A DNA stretch of 64,000 bases from an uncultured delta proteobacterium. Its GTDB lineage: Bacteria > Myxococcota_A > Polyangia > Fen-1088. The stretch lies in assembly GCA_963796685.1 (NCBI GenBank), contig CAWCMR010000010.1:96001-160000 (forward strand). Direction: 5' to 3'. The translations under genes were made by a program, and so were the position numbers. Under the pieces are notes generated by a model, which worked only from the letters and a program-made list of their open reading frames with translations, did no database searches and was not told the origin of the DNA. Shown here piece by piece: positions 11,367-21,794 of the stretch; position 1 is the first letter of the stretch; every line of letters starts with the position of its first letter.

Positions 11367-11553
11367 CGCGAAAGAACGGACGAAGTGAGTAGGGCGCGTG
11401 ACAGCGGGCAAAGACCGCCTTCGCCAACGCCGCATGATTGGAAATCCGTTATGATGGGAACCCCGAGGGCAAAGCCGCCCCGCCAACGCGGCCAGGGGAG
11501 TCGCAGCCTTCACCGATTCTCAGCCTTCACCAACCACACGGCAAGGAGCGCCT

Positions 11554-11895
11554 ATGCAACACCGCATTCCCGTCATGACCACCATGGATCCGCCGCCCGG
11601 CTTCGTGGTCGAGAAGATCCTGGGCTCGTGCTGGGGCATCACGGTTCGCTCGCGTAGCGTGGTTGGCACCATGTGCGCGGGTTGCCAGACCTTCTTTGGC
11701 GGTGAGATCACGGCGCTGACCGAGCTGGCCAACGATGCCCGCGGCCAGGCCATGAAGCGACTCGAAGAGCATGCCGTCGCGCTGGGGGCGGATGCCGTCC
11801 TGATGATGCGGTTCGATTCCGGCGAGCTGATGCAGAATACGAACGAGATCGTCGCCTACGGCACCGCGGTCAAGCTGGCGCCCAAGGCATCGTGA
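11554..11895 (+). CDS. YbjQ/UPF0145 family protein
   Basis: GGEITALTELANDARGQAMKRL...LGADAVLMMRFD...EIVAYGTAV. Confidence 0.88.
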   Translation: MQHRIPVMTTMDPPPGFVVEKILGSCWGITVRSRSVVGTMCAGCQTFFGGEITALTELANDARGQAMKRLEEHAVALGADAVLMMRFDSGELMQNTNEIVAYGTAVKLAPKAS

Positions 11896-12509
11896 CGGTC
11901 CCGCGTATCCCTCCGCCCCTGGCCCTGCGAATCGATCGCCTTGCCTGGCGCGCCCACGCCTTTCACCGCGTCGCGCACCATCCTCTGTGCGAGGCTTATC
12001 GAGGCGAAGTCCTGCGCGTCGGCAAGCGCCTCCGCATTTGTCGAGGCTGCACCTTTCTCGTCGCGGGCCTGCTTGCAGGCTTCGCGAGCGGGGCCTACCT
12101 TTGGCCGCCACCCCTGTGGGGCGTGGGCGCGTTGTCGCTGGCTCTGGTTCTGGGCGGGCTGTCGCTTCTGCTGCGCGTGCCGAAAGCGTTGGGACGTTTC
12201 CTTCCCGGCGCGGGGTTGGGCCTGGCCGTGTGGGCAGGCTGGCCGTGCGCGCTTGCTTCGCTCCTCGGTGTGGGATTGGCGGGCATCTTCTACCGTCGCA
12301 AGGGTGTGGACCGCGGTCGCTGCCACACTTGCTACGAGCGCCTGCGCGTTCCCTGCTCCGGCTTTGCGGCTATCGTTCGCCGCGAGCGCGCTTTTAGACG
12401 GAGGGCGAATCGCTGGCTCGGCGCGATCCCAAACGGGCCGACGATTCACCCGGCGATTCACCCGACCGTCCACCCCAGGGATCGCGGCCGCCACCATCAC
12501 CCGGTGTGA
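11892..12509 (+). CDS. Hypothetical membrane protein with His/Cys motifs
   Basis: GTGA overlap with the YbjQ gene; HHPLC...ICRGC, hydrophobic segments, CHTC. Confidence 0.6.
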   Translation: MTVPRIPPPLALRIDRLAWRAHAFHRVAHHPLCEAYRGEVLRVGKRLRICRGCTFLVAGLLAGFASGAYLWPPPLWGVGALSLALVLGGLSLLLRVPKALGRFLPGAGLGLAVWAGWPCALASLLGVGLAGIFYRRKGVDRGRCHTCYERLRVPCSGFAAIVRRERAFRRRANRWLGAIPNGPTIHPAIHPTVHPRDRGRHHHPV

Positions 12510-12525
12510 TCGGGAGGCGATTGTT

Positions 12526-12696
12526 GACATCCTCGACCCCATACGCTTCGCCAAGCGCCTCAGGTTCAACCTCGAGCTCTGGCACTGGGATGATGGCGCG
12601 CAGGTGACCTTCGATACCGTCGCCTACTTCTATCTGGCCCAGGACGGACGTGACAACCTTCCGACGCCTACGTCCATCGACTTTCGTCTCTCCCCC
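12526..12696 (+). pseudogene. Possible C-terminal relic of a DUF2961-type protein
   Basis: DILDPIRFAKRLRFNLELWHW...VAYFY with no start codon or N-terminus. Confidence 0.4.
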
Positions 12697-12706
12697 TTTG
12701 GCCCCC

Positions 12707-13291
12707 ATGCGCAAGCCCCTGCCCATCAAGTCGTCGTCGTTGCTGCTGTCGACGCAGCCGCGGGAGCTGATTCTCGAGCAGCACCGAGAGCAGCTTTTTC
12801 GCTATGTGATGAGCATGCTCCGCGACCGGGGCGACGCCGAGGATCTGCTGCAGGAGATCCTGTTGCGGGCGCACCGCGGGTTCGCCAACCTGCGCGCTGG
12901 CGAGGCGGTGACGACCTGGCTGTTTCGCATCGCCACCCACGCCTGCGTCGATCATTTTCGCCAGCGCGCCCGGCAGCCGGCCATCGACGCGGACGCCGAT
13001 CCCGACGCGCCCGAGCCCATCACTTTGCAAACCACCCTCGAACGGCGGGAGATGTCTGCCTGCGTGCAGCGCTTTCTCGAAGCCCTGCCCGACGACTATC
13101 GCTCGGTGCTGATGCTCGTCGAGCTCGAAAGCCTGAGCGGCACCGAGGCAGCGAGCCTGCTCGGGGTTCCCCTGACCACCGTGAAGATGCGCCTGCACCG
13201 CGCGCGCCACATGCTCCAGACCGCCATGGAGGCAGGTTGCTCGTTTGGCTGCGACGAGCGCGGCGTGATGGTGTGCGAGCCCAAGGACTGA
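12707..13291 (+). CDS. ECF RNA polymerase sigma factor
   Basis: DAEDLLQE, TWLFRIATH, EAASLLGVPLTTVKMRLHRAR; Cys-containing C-terminal tail. Confidence 0.9.
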   Translation: MRKPLPIKSSSLLLSTQPRELILEQHREQLFRYVMSMLRDRGDAEDLLQEILLRAHRGFANLRAGEAVTTWLFRIATHACVDHFRQRARQPAIDADADPDAPEPITLQTTLERREMSACVQRFLEALPDDYRSVLMLVELESLSGTEAASLLGVPLTTVKMRLHRARHMLQTAMEAGCSFGCDERGVMVCEPKD

Positions 13292-13295
13292 CGCC

Positions 13296-14024
13296 ATGAT
13301 AGAGCCAACCAGGTGGCGCACGCGCATGTTGATCGTGCTGGCGGTCGCGCTCGGGGTCGGATCGGTCGCGCTCTTCGCCCTGTGGCCTCTGGGAAGCCTG
13401 CGCATCGCCAGACCCGAGTGGTCGGAGACCCTGATTCTGTCGTGGGATCTCCTGCTGTCGATGATCTTCTTCATCCAGCACAGCTCGATGCTCCGCAAAG
13501 GCGTGCGCGCCCGCATGGCCGTGGTCCTACCAGAGATCTACCATTCCGCCGTCTACGCGGGCGCCTCGGGACTAACCCTGCTGGCGGTCATCCTGCTCTG
13601 GCAGCCCTCGACGGTTCGCCTCTTCGCCCTCGACCCGCCCTGGCGTTACGTCGCGCACGGCTGCGCCCTGGCGGCGCTGGCGCTGTTCATCTGGGGCTTT
13701 CGGTCGCTGCGTTCGTTCGACCCCTTGGGCATCGGGCCCCTGGCGAGCCACCTGCGGTCGAGGCCGCCGCAGTCTTGCCCGTTCGCCGTTCAGGGTGCGT
13801 ATCGTTTCGTGCGCCACCCGCTCTATCTCGCCATCATCGTCCTATTCTGGTCCAATCCTGACCTGACCGCCGACCGGCTGCTCTTCGATGGCTTGTGGAC
13901 CGCGTGGATTGTGGTCGGCACCCTTCTCGAAGAGAGGGATCTGGTGGCCGAGTTTGGCGACGCCTACCGGTCTTACCGTCGCTCCGTTCCCATGCTCATC
14001 CCGCTACCCAGGCCGCGGGGCTAG
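13296..14024 (+). CDS. Isoprenylcysteine methyltransferase family membrane protein (MddA/NnrU-like)
   Basis: QHSSM, YRFVRHPLYL, EERDLVAEFGDAYRSYRRSVPMLIP. Confidence 0.8.
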   Translation: MIEPTRWRTRMLIVLAVALGVGSVALFALWPLGSLRIARPEWSETLILSWDLLLSMIFFIQHSSMLRKGVRARMAVVLPEIYHSAVYAGASGLTLLAVILLWQPSTVRLFALDPPWRYVAHGCALAALALFIWGFRSLRSFDPLGIGPLASHLRSRPPQSCPFAVQGAYRFVRHPLYLAIIVLFWSNPDLTADRLLFDGLWTAWIVVGTLLEERDLVAEFGDAYRSYRRSVPMLIPLPRPRG

Positions 14025-14087
14025 CACCGTTTCTACAGCATTGGCAATGCCACCCCGGCGTCCATCCCGCGATAGGCGCGGGAGGCC

Positions 14088-14156
14088 GTGGTCGTGGCCG
14101 TGGCCGGAGTGATCTTCGTCGGCCACGGCCACGGCCACGGGGACGACTACGACCAC
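14088..14156. repeat. Intergenic GTGGCC/GGCCAC hexamer inverted repeat between convergent genes
   Basis: gtggtcgtggccgtggcc...ggccacggccacggccac...gaccac. Confidence 0.6.
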
Positions 14157-14262
14157 CACTCGCCGTTCCGATTGGGTGCGAGCATTCATCGTGGAAAGGT
14201 GCCCCTTTTTGCCGCCTTCCGCGAGAGCACTGCGCTTGTCGCGGAATTAGGGGGCGTCGCTG

Positions 14263-15246
14263 TCACCAATAGGGATGGACCAGGCTGCGCAGCGTCGCAT
14301 CGTAGATTCTCTGCACGGCTGCCATCGTGTCGTCCGAGAGCGCCGGCAGACTCGCGGCCTCGAGGTTTTCCTCGACCTGGGCGGGACGCTTGGCGCCCGG
14401 AATCGCACACGTCACGGCGTCGTTCATCAAGATCCAACGCAAGGCGAAGGTTGCCATGCTCATGCTCGCGGGGACCAGCGGTCGCAACTCCTCGACCGCA
14501 CGCAACCCGGTTTCGAAGTCGACGCCCGAAAAGGTTTCGCCACGATCGAAGGCCTCGCCGTGGCGATTGAAGGAGCGGTGATCGTCGCTGGCGAAGGTCG
14601 ACTTCATCGTCATCTTTCCGGCCAGCATGCCTGATGAGAGAGGCAAACGCGCCAAGATGCCGACCCGCTTGCGTTTCGCCTCCTTGAAGAAGAGGTCGGA
14701 CGGCCGCTGGCGGAAGATGTTGTAGATGATCTGCACGCTCTGCACGTTGGGATACTCGATGGCCTTGAGCGCCTCTTCCACGCGCTCGACGCTGACGCCA
14801 TAGAATCGAATCTTGCCGGCCTTCATCAGATCGTCCATCACGGCAAAGACCTCGGGCCGGTAGTAGACGTCGGTTGGCGGGCAGTGCAGTTGCACCAAAT
14901 CCAAGGCGTCGACTTGCAGGTTCTTGAGGCTGCGCTCGACAAACGCGGTCAAATTGGCACGGTTGTAGCCATCGGCGTGGTGGGGGTTCAGTCGACGGCC
15001 GGCCTTGGTTGCAATAACGATGGGTTCACTGCGCTCGCGGCGCAGGCGCGCAAGCAATTGTTCGCTGTGGCCGTCGCCGTACACATCCGCGGTGTCGAAG
15101 AAGCTCACGCCCAGATCGACCGCGCGATGAAGCGCCTCGAGCGAGTCGGCATCCTCGACCGGACCCCAGGTGCCACCAATCGCCCACGCGCCGAAGCTGA
15201 TCGAAGAAACATTCCAACCGGTTCTTCCTAGTGGTCGCAGATCCAT
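14263..15246 (-). CDS. Aldo/keto reductase
   Basis: GAWAIGG, FFDTADVYGDG, IATKAG, DLVQLH, IPGAK. Confidence 0.93.
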   Translation of the reverse strand: MDLRPLGRTGWNVSSISFGAWAIGGTWGPVEDADSLEALHRAVDLGVSFFDTADVYGDGHSEQLLARLRRERSEPIVIATKAGRRLNPHHADGYNRANLTAFVERSLKNLQVDALDLVQLHCPPTDVYYRPEVFAVMDDLMKAGKIRFYGVSVERVEEALKAIEYPNVQSVQIIYNIFRQRPSDLFFKEAKRKRVGILARLPLSSGMLAGKMTMKSTFASDDHRSFNRHGEAFDRGETFSGVDFETGLRAVEELRPLVPASMSMATFALRWILMNDAVTCAIPGAKRPAQVEENLEAASLPALSDDTMAAVQRIYDATLRSLVHPYW

Positions 15247-15620
15247 GTGCGCAAGCATACTAGACTCCTTACTCCCGGAGCCAGCTCACCACGAAAAGAC
15301 CGTGGCCGCCACCCTGGGTGACCCCGGTTGACACCGCAGTATTGTTCATGCACTGGTCGAGCTTCCACGACACGCCGCCGAGCGAGGACAAGGATGGGGC
15401 GTGGCAAGTACAGCATGATGTGAGCTCCTGGGATGAAGAACAGCTGCCGACGTGGCGATGGGAACGCAATCACCCAACTTCGCCAACTGGCCCGGCAATT
15501 CTGCCGATGGACATGTCCGGTGTCCGCGGACACTCCGCCTCCAGAAAGGAAGCCGCGGCAGCGAGACAACCGGCCTGTGCGGTACAAGCTGGCCGTCATG
15601 GTATAGAGGTAGGAACGTTT

Positions 15621-16061
15621 ATGAAGAGAATGCGATTCTATCGCGGTGTTTCCTTGCTGTCCGGCGCAGTGACCTTGTGGCTGTCTCTTGGCTGCGGAAC
15701 CATCCTGTATCCAGAGCGTCGAGGACAACGAACCACGGCGCGCATAGACGCCGGTGTGGCGGTGATGGATGGCCTGTGGTGCCTGCTCTTCATCATCCCG
15801 GGCGTCATCGCGTTTGCCGTGGATTTCAACAACGGAGCGATCTACTTGCCGGGCGGGAGTGCGAGCGCCGGGTCCGTGAAGGTCGTGAGAGCTCCCGACA
15901 TTTGCCCAGACCGGGCGGCCATCGAGCGCGCGGTCGAAGAGGGGGCCGGCATCCACATTCGGCTCGACGATCCGGCCGTGATTCGGCGGAAGATCATGCG
16001 CGGCGAAAATATTGCCCGGACGATCGCCGAAGCACGCCAGGGCCATCGCTCGTTCGAGTAG
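15621..16061 (+). CDS. Conserved hypothetical lipoprotein/membrane protein
   Basis: Signal peptide with SLGC lipobox; GTILYPERRGQ...IPGVIAFAVDF.NGAIYLP. Confidence 0.7.
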   Translation: MKRMRFYRGVSLLSGAVTLWLSLGCGTILYPERRGQRTTARIDAGVAVMDGLWCLLFIIPGVIAFAVDFNNGAIYLPGGSASAGSVKVVRAPDICPDRAAIERAVEEGAGIHIRLDDPAVIRRKIMRGENIARTIAEARQGHRSFE

Positions 16062-16168
16062 CGCGGCGACGCCATCGAGCCGGATGCCGGGCCGTAGGTC
16101 GCCGAACGTGCGGCCGGAGAGCGTAGGAAGGTGTGGTAGAAATCCCGGACAACCGGAGCTTGTCGTCT

Positions 16169-17278
16169 ATGCCCAAGAATTCCAAGGTCGCGATTCTGCG
16201 CACACGTCCCGAGACCGTTCTCGACGACTATCAACGTCTGTTCGAGCTAGCCGGAGGACCGCAGGCGCTGGCACCGAGCACGCCCACCATCCTCAAGGAC
16301 AACATTTCGTGGCACTTCCCGATGCCGAGCGCCAACACGACGCCGTGGCAGCTCGAAGGGACAGTGCTCGCGCTTCGCAAGGCGGGCCACACCGATCTGG
16401 TGTGCGTGCAGAACAAGACCGTGGTCATCGACGTTTTCAAGGGCGAGGACCTCAACGGATACCTGCCAATCTTCAAGCACTACGGGATTCCGGTGAGGTA
16501 CAACTTCAAGCCGGAGGACATGAAGTGGATCCCGTTCCGTCCGAAGGGCGAGCTGCTGGCCTTGCACAAGATCTTTCCCGAGGGGCTGCACATTCCAGAC
16601 TTCTTCGCCGGCAAGAACATCGTCCATCTGCCCACGACCAAGTGCCACCTGTACACGACCACCACGGGCGCGATGAAGAACGCCTTCGGGGGGCTGCTCA
16701 ATACCCATCGGCACTACACGCACACCTGGATTCACGAGACGCTCGTGGACCTGCTCACCATCCAGCAGGAGATCCACCCCGGACTCTTCGCGGTGATGGA
16801 CGGCACCACCGCCGGCAATGGCCCCGGTCCTCGCACCATGCATCCGGAGGTCAAGAACGTCATCCTGGCTTCGGCCGACCAAGTCGCCATCGATGCAGTC
16901 GCGGCCAAGATCATGGGCATGGATCCCCTCGGTCTCGCGTACATCCGATTGGCGCATGAGCGCGGCCTCGGCGTGGGCGACCCGCGCGACATCGAGATCG
17001 TGGGTGACGTCGACGCTGCCAAGGAGAACTGGGGCTTCAAGGTCGGAAGCAACTTCCACGGGTTCCTCGCCTGGATGGCCTGGTTCGGGCCGACCAAGTT
17101 TCTGCAACCGCTCATCATGCGCACCCCGCTGGTCAAATTCCCGATCCTCGTCTCCGAGCTCAATCACGACTACGTCCAATGGCCTGTGCGGTACAAGCGC
17201 GTGGCCCGAGAGTGGCAAGCCGGAACGTCCTGGGGAAAGCTCTTCACGCGCTATCAGAACCTGGGCCATCTGGGCTAG
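16169..17278 (+). CDS. DUF362 domain protein
   Basis: ILKDNISW, NTTPWQLEG, TTGAMKNAFGG, DQVAIDAVAA. Confidence 0.85.
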   Translation: MPKNSKVAILRTRPETVLDDYQRLFELAGGPQALAPSTPTILKDNISWHFPMPSANTTPWQLEGTVLALRKAGHTDLVCVQNKTVVIDVFKGEDLNGYLPIFKHYGIPVRYNFKPEDMKWIPFRPKGELLALHKIFPEGLHIPDFFAGKNIVHLPTTKCHLYTTTTGAMKNAFGGLLNTHRHYTHTWIHETLVDLLTIQQEIHPGLFAVMDGTTAGNGPGPRTMHPEVKNVILASADQVAIDAVAAKIMGMDPLGLAYIRLAHERGLGVGDPRDIEIVGDVDAAKENWGFKVGSNFHGFLAWMAWFGPTKFLQPLIMRTPLVKFPILVSELNHDYVQWPVRYKRVAREWQAGTSWGKLFTRYQNLGHLG

Positions 17279-17432
17279 CAGATCCGCGCCATCCCGAGTG
17301 CGCGGGGATCGATCACGGTGGCCGCGATCCAGCCATCGACAGGACCACGGATGGGGAGGGGGTCGGCTCACGTGGATCCGCCCCCCTCTTCCCGGCTCTG
17401 TGCCCTCCCTCGCCCTCTGCGCGCTCTCTTTC

Positions 17433-18698
17433 TTACTTTTGGTCGAGCACCTTGATGGGGGGCATTTCCTTGCCTTCGAGGTATTCGAGGCTGGCGCCGC
17501 CGCCGGTGGAGACGTGGGTCATCTTGTCGGCCAGGCCCATCTTCTCGACCGCCGCGGCCGAATCGCCGCCGCCGATGACGGTGACCGCGCCGCGGCCCGT
17601 GGCTGCCGCGATGGCCTGGGCCACGGCCAGGGTGCCGGCCGCATAGTCAGGGGCCTCGAACACGCCCATGGGGCCGTTCCATACGATGGTGCCGGCCTTG
17701 CCGATGATGTCGCTGAAGGCCTTGATGGTCTTGGGGCCGATGTCCATGCCCATGAGCCCGTCGGGGATGTTGGCGCCGGCGACGACGGTCGGCTTGTCCC
17801 CGGTCATGGCCTTGAAGTCGAAGGTGGCGGCCGCCGCGTGGTCGCTCGGCAGCACGATCTTGCCGCCGGCCTGGCCGAGCAGCTTCTTCATCTCCTCGAC
17901 TTGATCCTCCTCGACGCGGCTCTTGCCCACGGTCACACCGCTCGACTTGAGCAAGGTGTAGGCCATGGCGCCGCCAATGAGGATGTTGTCGACCTTGCCG
18001 AGCAGATTCGAGATGAGCTTGATCTTGTCGCTGACCTTGGCGCCGCCAAGAATGGCCACGAACGGGCGCTTGGGCGACGACACGGCCTCGTGCAGGTAGC
18101 GGATCTCCTTTTCGACGAGATAGCCCGCGACCGCCGCGCCGCCTTTCTGCTGGATGGCCTTGGCCACGCCGAACATGCTGCCGTGCTTGCGGTGGCAGGT
18201 GCCGAAGGCATCGTTGACGTAGAGGTCGCCCAGCTTGGCCAGCCCGGCCACGAACGCGTCGTGCTTGGCCTGCTGCTCGGCGGTGAGCTTCTTGTCGGGG
18301 TTCTTCTTGGCCTTGTCGGGCATGGTCTCGCCGGCATGGAAGCGGACGTTTTCCAGCAGCACCACCTCGCCCGCCTTCATCCCGGCCACCAGCGCCTCGG
18401 CGGCGGGGCCGATGACCTCGTTGGGGCCGAGCTTGACGGGCTTTCCCAGAAGCTCGCCCAGGCGGTCGGCGCACGGCTTGAGGCTGCCCTCGGGATCGTA
18501 GGCCCCGTCGGGCCGGCCGAGGTGACTCATGAGCACGAGCTTGCCGCCTTGATCGATGACCTGCTTGATGCTGGGCAGGGCCGCGCGGATGCGGCGGTCG
18601 TCGGTGATCTTGCCGCCCTTGAGGGGCACGTTGAAGTCGACGCGCATGAGTACGGTTTTGCCGCTGGCATTGATGTCGGAGATCGTCTTGGTAGCCAT
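17433..18698 (-). CDS. pgk: Phosphoglycerate kinase
   Basis: [48 protein letters not shown]. Confidence 0.98.
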   Translation of the reverse strand: MATKTISDINASGKTVLMRVDFNVPLKGGKITDDRRIRAALPSIKQVIDQGGKLVLMSHLGRPDGAYDPEGSLKPCADRLGELLGKPVKLGPNEVIGPAAEALVAGMKAGEVVLLENVRFHAGETMPDKAKKNPDKKLTAEQQAKHDAFVAGLAKLGDLYVNDAFGTCHRKHGSMFGVAKAIQQKGGAAVAGYLVEKEIRYLHEAVSSPKRPFVAILGGAKVSDKIKLISNLLGKVDNILIGGAMAYTLLKSSGVTVGKSRVEEDQVEEMKKLLGQAGGKIVLPSDHAAAATFDFKAMTGDKPTVVAGANIPDGLMGMDIGPKTIKAFSDIIGKAGTIVWNGPMGVFEAPDYAAGTLAVAQAIAAATGRGAVTVIGGGDSAAAVEKMGLADKMTHVSTGGGASLEYLEGKEMPPIKVLDQK

Positions 18699-19079
18699 GG
18701 TCGCTGCCTCGTCATAGTGGGTTGATGGAATGCCCCGTCTTGGGGCGGCGGAAGCATACTACGGTTCGGGTTTCGTGGATCCCACCCGCTCGCGTGTTTG
18801 CCGCGCCGAGGATCCTCACTTTTTTCGTAAGGCGGGACGGGGCAAGGGGACGAGACAAGCATAGGCGACGTTCGCCGCCGTCGTCGAAGGGCCAGTTGGG
18901 CGCGACCGAGCCCGGTCGTCCGCCCGATTGCCAACCGCTCGTTCGTGCCGGGTGCCAACTCGGAGCAGGCAAGTGCCAACCGCTGTTGGCGGTGGGGTGC
19001 GCTGGTCGCGTGTTTTCGCGCGATCGGCCGCCACGGGTCTGGGCACGAGGCTTGCTCTGCAGCGACCAAGGAGGCACCC

Positions 19080-20708
19080 ATGGACACCATCACTCGCAAT
19101 CGCTCTCGCATCCTTTCTTTCACGCGCTGGACGATGGTGCTCCCCGCTCTTCCCTTCGCGGTCTGGGCGTGTGTCTCCCACCCCTTGGCCCAGCCCATCC
19201 CCGACCCGCGCCAAGTGACCGACGCCTACATCACCGTTGCGCCCGTGCGGCACCTGGACCTTCTGTTCATGGTCGACAACTCGCTGTCCATGAAGCCGAA
19301 GCAGGACAAGATGAAGGCGCAGTTTCCCAAGCTCATCGATGCCCTCCGCGACCAGCAGGACCAGACCTTGCCCGACCTGCGCATCGCCATCGTGGACAGC
19401 GACCTCGGGGCCGGGGCTTCTACCCGTTGTTCGACGACCGGCGGCTATGGCGATCACGGCCAGTTTCAGATGCGTGGTGCCAGCGACTGCGGCGCCAAGG
19501 CGGACGCGCGCTGGCTCCAATACACCCAAGGGCAGGCCGTCAACTTCACCGGCGAGCTCAGCACGGTCTTCGGCTGCCTGGCCAGCAACGTGGGCGTGGA
19601 AGGCTGCGGTTACGAGCATCAGCTCGCAGCTCTGGAATGGGCCTTCTATCTTCCCGACAACAAGAGCCAATGGGATTTCCTGCGATCCGAGGCCTATCTC
19701 GGTATCGTGCTCCTGACCGACGAGGACGACTGCTCGGCGCCGCCCGAAAGCAAGATGTTTCAATCAACCAATCCCAACGAATCGGGCAGCCTTCGCTGCG
19801 CCACGCGCGCCCATGCGTGCGACGGCGCGACCTTGACGTACCCGACCACGGCTCCGCTGTCGGTCCCCTACGAATCCTGTCACGCGCGAACCGACGCCAC
19901 CTGCGACGAGTCCCAGGTCGACACCTCCTCGCCGACGAGCTGCAATCCGCTGATGAGTCTCTCGCAACTTGCCGACGAGGTGAAGCAGCTCAAAGGCGGA
20001 GGAGCCGAAGCCGACAGCAAGATTCTGGTTGCGGCCATCTATGGAACACCTCGGGCAGGCGACACCGTCACCAGGCCCTACAAGATCGACCTGACGCCGA
20101 ACCCAGACGCGCCGCCTTCTCCCATCGCCCAAGTCTACGACTACTGGCCGATCTGCTACGACCCGGATTTCATGCCTGCCGGATCGGGTTTCGACAAGAC
20201 GGCGGCCGACCATGGTGCTACCGGCGGACTGCGCATCAAGGCCTTCCTCGACCAATTCAAGCCCGCAAATCGCCTCGACTACAGCATCTGCGAATCCGAT
20301 TTTGGCCCGGCCATGGACGGCATCGGCAAGACTCTCAGGAACATGATGGGCAACCTGTGCGTTCCCTTCAAGCTCGCCGACAGCAGCGATGAACCCGGCG
20401 TGCAGGCCGATTGCAGGGTGGTCTATCGGACTCCGCAAGGCGACGAAAGCCCCGAGTCGCTGCCCCGTTGCGACGCCTCTCGAACACCCGATTGCTGGGA
20501 GGTCAAGCTCGGCAACCCCACCGGCACCGCGGATGAACAGGAGACCGCCAGTCGCTGTCCGGCCAGCGGCTCGGCGCCAAGTCAGATGATCAACATCGTG
20601 CGCAAGCCCGGTACCACGCTCGCGGAAGGGACCAAGGTCGGCATGCAGTGTGTGACGTGCGTTGACCTCGTCCCCGGAATGAAGCCCGGCAAAGGGTGCG
20701 ACTACTGA
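19080..20708 (+). CDS. Cys-rich exported protein with vWA/MIDAS-like motif (myxobacterial type)
   Basis: GGAGG RBS; LDLLFMVDNSLSM (DxSxS), GCGYEHQL, LTDEDDCS; many cysteines. Confidence 0.75.
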   Translation: MDTITRNRSRILSFTRWTMVLPALPFAVWACVSHPLAQPIPDPRQVTDAYITVAPVRHLDLLFMVDNSLSMKPKQDKMKAQFPKLIDALRDQQDQTLPDLRIAIVDSDLGAGASTRCSTTGGYGDHGQFQMRGASDCGAKADARWLQYTQGQAVNFTGELSTVFGCLASNVGVEGCGYEHQLAALEWAFYLPDNKSQWDFLRSEAYLGIVLLTDEDDCSAPPESKMFQSTNPNESGSLRCATRAHACDGATLTYPTTAPLSVPYESCHARTDATCDESQVDTSSPTSCNPLMSLSQLADEVKQLKGGGAEADSKILVAAIYGTPRAGDTVTRPYKIDLTPNPDAPPSPIAQVYDYWPICYDPDFMPAGSGFDKTAADHGATGGLRIKAFLDQFKPANRLDYSICESDFGPAMDGIGKTLRNMMGNLCVPFKLADSSDEPGVQADCRVVYRTPQGDESPESLPRCDASRTPDCWEVKLGNPTGTADEQETASRCPASGSAPSQMINIVRKPGTTLAEGTKVGMQCVTCVDLVPGMKPGKGCDY

Positions 20709-20897
20709 CGTGCGGACCCAAGCTACCCTCTGTGGTTGTCGATGAGCTCGAACGTCTCGCCGAAGACCAGCGGCCTTGCGTTCGCCAGGAAGTCGTGTGG
20801 AAAGCCGAGGTCGATCCTGCGACAAGCTGCTTTGTCGCCATGGGATTTCGTGTTAACAACGTCCGCTGTCGAAAATTTCACAGCGAACGGAGGGCCC

Positions 20898-21794
20898 ATG
20901 AAGACGTTGCTCGTTCTCGCCATCAGCACCTTGACCCTGACGACTGCGGGCACGGCGCGGGCCGCTGACCTGCCCACCAAGCAGGAAGGTCGGGTCTGGA
21001 TCGACCAGAACTTCCTGCTGGCCTTCTCGCCCAACTGGAGCTTGACCACCATGCCGGGCGGGCGCGTGGAATTCGCGCGCAGCCGCGAGGGCAAGGCCGG
21101 CATGCAACTCTTCGAGCTCTTCTTCGGGCCGAACTACGCGCACAAGTGGGGCAACTTCACCTTCAAGGGATCGCTCTGGTACTACTATATGGGCTACCCA
21201 CAGCGCGGGCGCCTGAAAGAACTGTCGAACGGCAGCCTGGCCTGTTCATCTCCAGCCTCTCTGAGCGACTACTGTACCTCGACGTATAACTTCTCGCACA
21301 ATCTGGAAATTGTCCCGTCGGCGGAATACCGCTGGGGACGCTGGTCCATCTACGATCGGATGATCTTTCACAATACCTTTTACGCCGACGTCTACCCAAC
21401 GGTAACCCCGACTGCGACGACAGCGAGCGTGGCGGATCAGCGTTTGGGCTGGGGCACGGTACTCCGCGAGCTCCTGCAACTCCGATACGCGGTCACGGAT
21501 CGCACCGGTGTCTTCGTGTCCGACGAGGTCTTCTTGGGTGTCATCGAGGACGGTGACACGAGTGGCATCGCGGGCGGCAAGGGCTATACGCCGCTGGGCT
21601 ACTGGAAACGTGGCCTGCGCTACAATCGCACGTACGTTGGCTTCGACTACAAGGTGACGCCAAACTTCAGTATTGCGCCGTCCTACATGATCGAGATCGG
21701 GCTGAGCCCGACCGACTCGACCGACGTCACCGACATCACGCACACGCTCTTCATGGTGGCGACGGTCACCTCCTCTATTTTCGGCAACAAGTAG
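20898..21794 (+). CDS. Outer-membrane beta-barrel protein (DUF2490-like)
   Basis: Signal peptide; aromatic alternating strands; SDEVF...NRTYVGFDY. Confidence 0.6.
   Translation: MKTLLVLAISTLTLTTAGTARAADLPTKQEGRVWIDQNFLLAFSPNWSLTTMPGGRVEFARSREGKAGMQLFELFFGPNYAHKWGNFTFKGSLWYYYMGYPQRGRLKELSNGSLACSSPASLSDYCTSTYNFSHNLEIVPSAEYRWGRWSIYDRMIFHNTFYADVYPTVTPTATTASVADQRLGWGTVLRELLQLRYAVTDRTGVFVSDEVFLGVIEDGDTSGIAGGKGYTPLGYWKRGLRYNRTYVGFDYKVTPNFSIAPSYMIEIGLSPTDSTDVTDITHTLFMVATVTSSIFGNK

Noticed and set aside
10055-11657. ORFs across the tRNA and repeat region
   Set aside because: They overlap a tRNA and palindromic repeats, are Arg/Ala/Pro-rich, and have no recognisable domain.
20780-20890. Riboswitch upstream of the beta-barrel gene
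   Set aside because: Only a short hairpin (GCGACAA...TTGTCGC); no aptamer consensus recognised.
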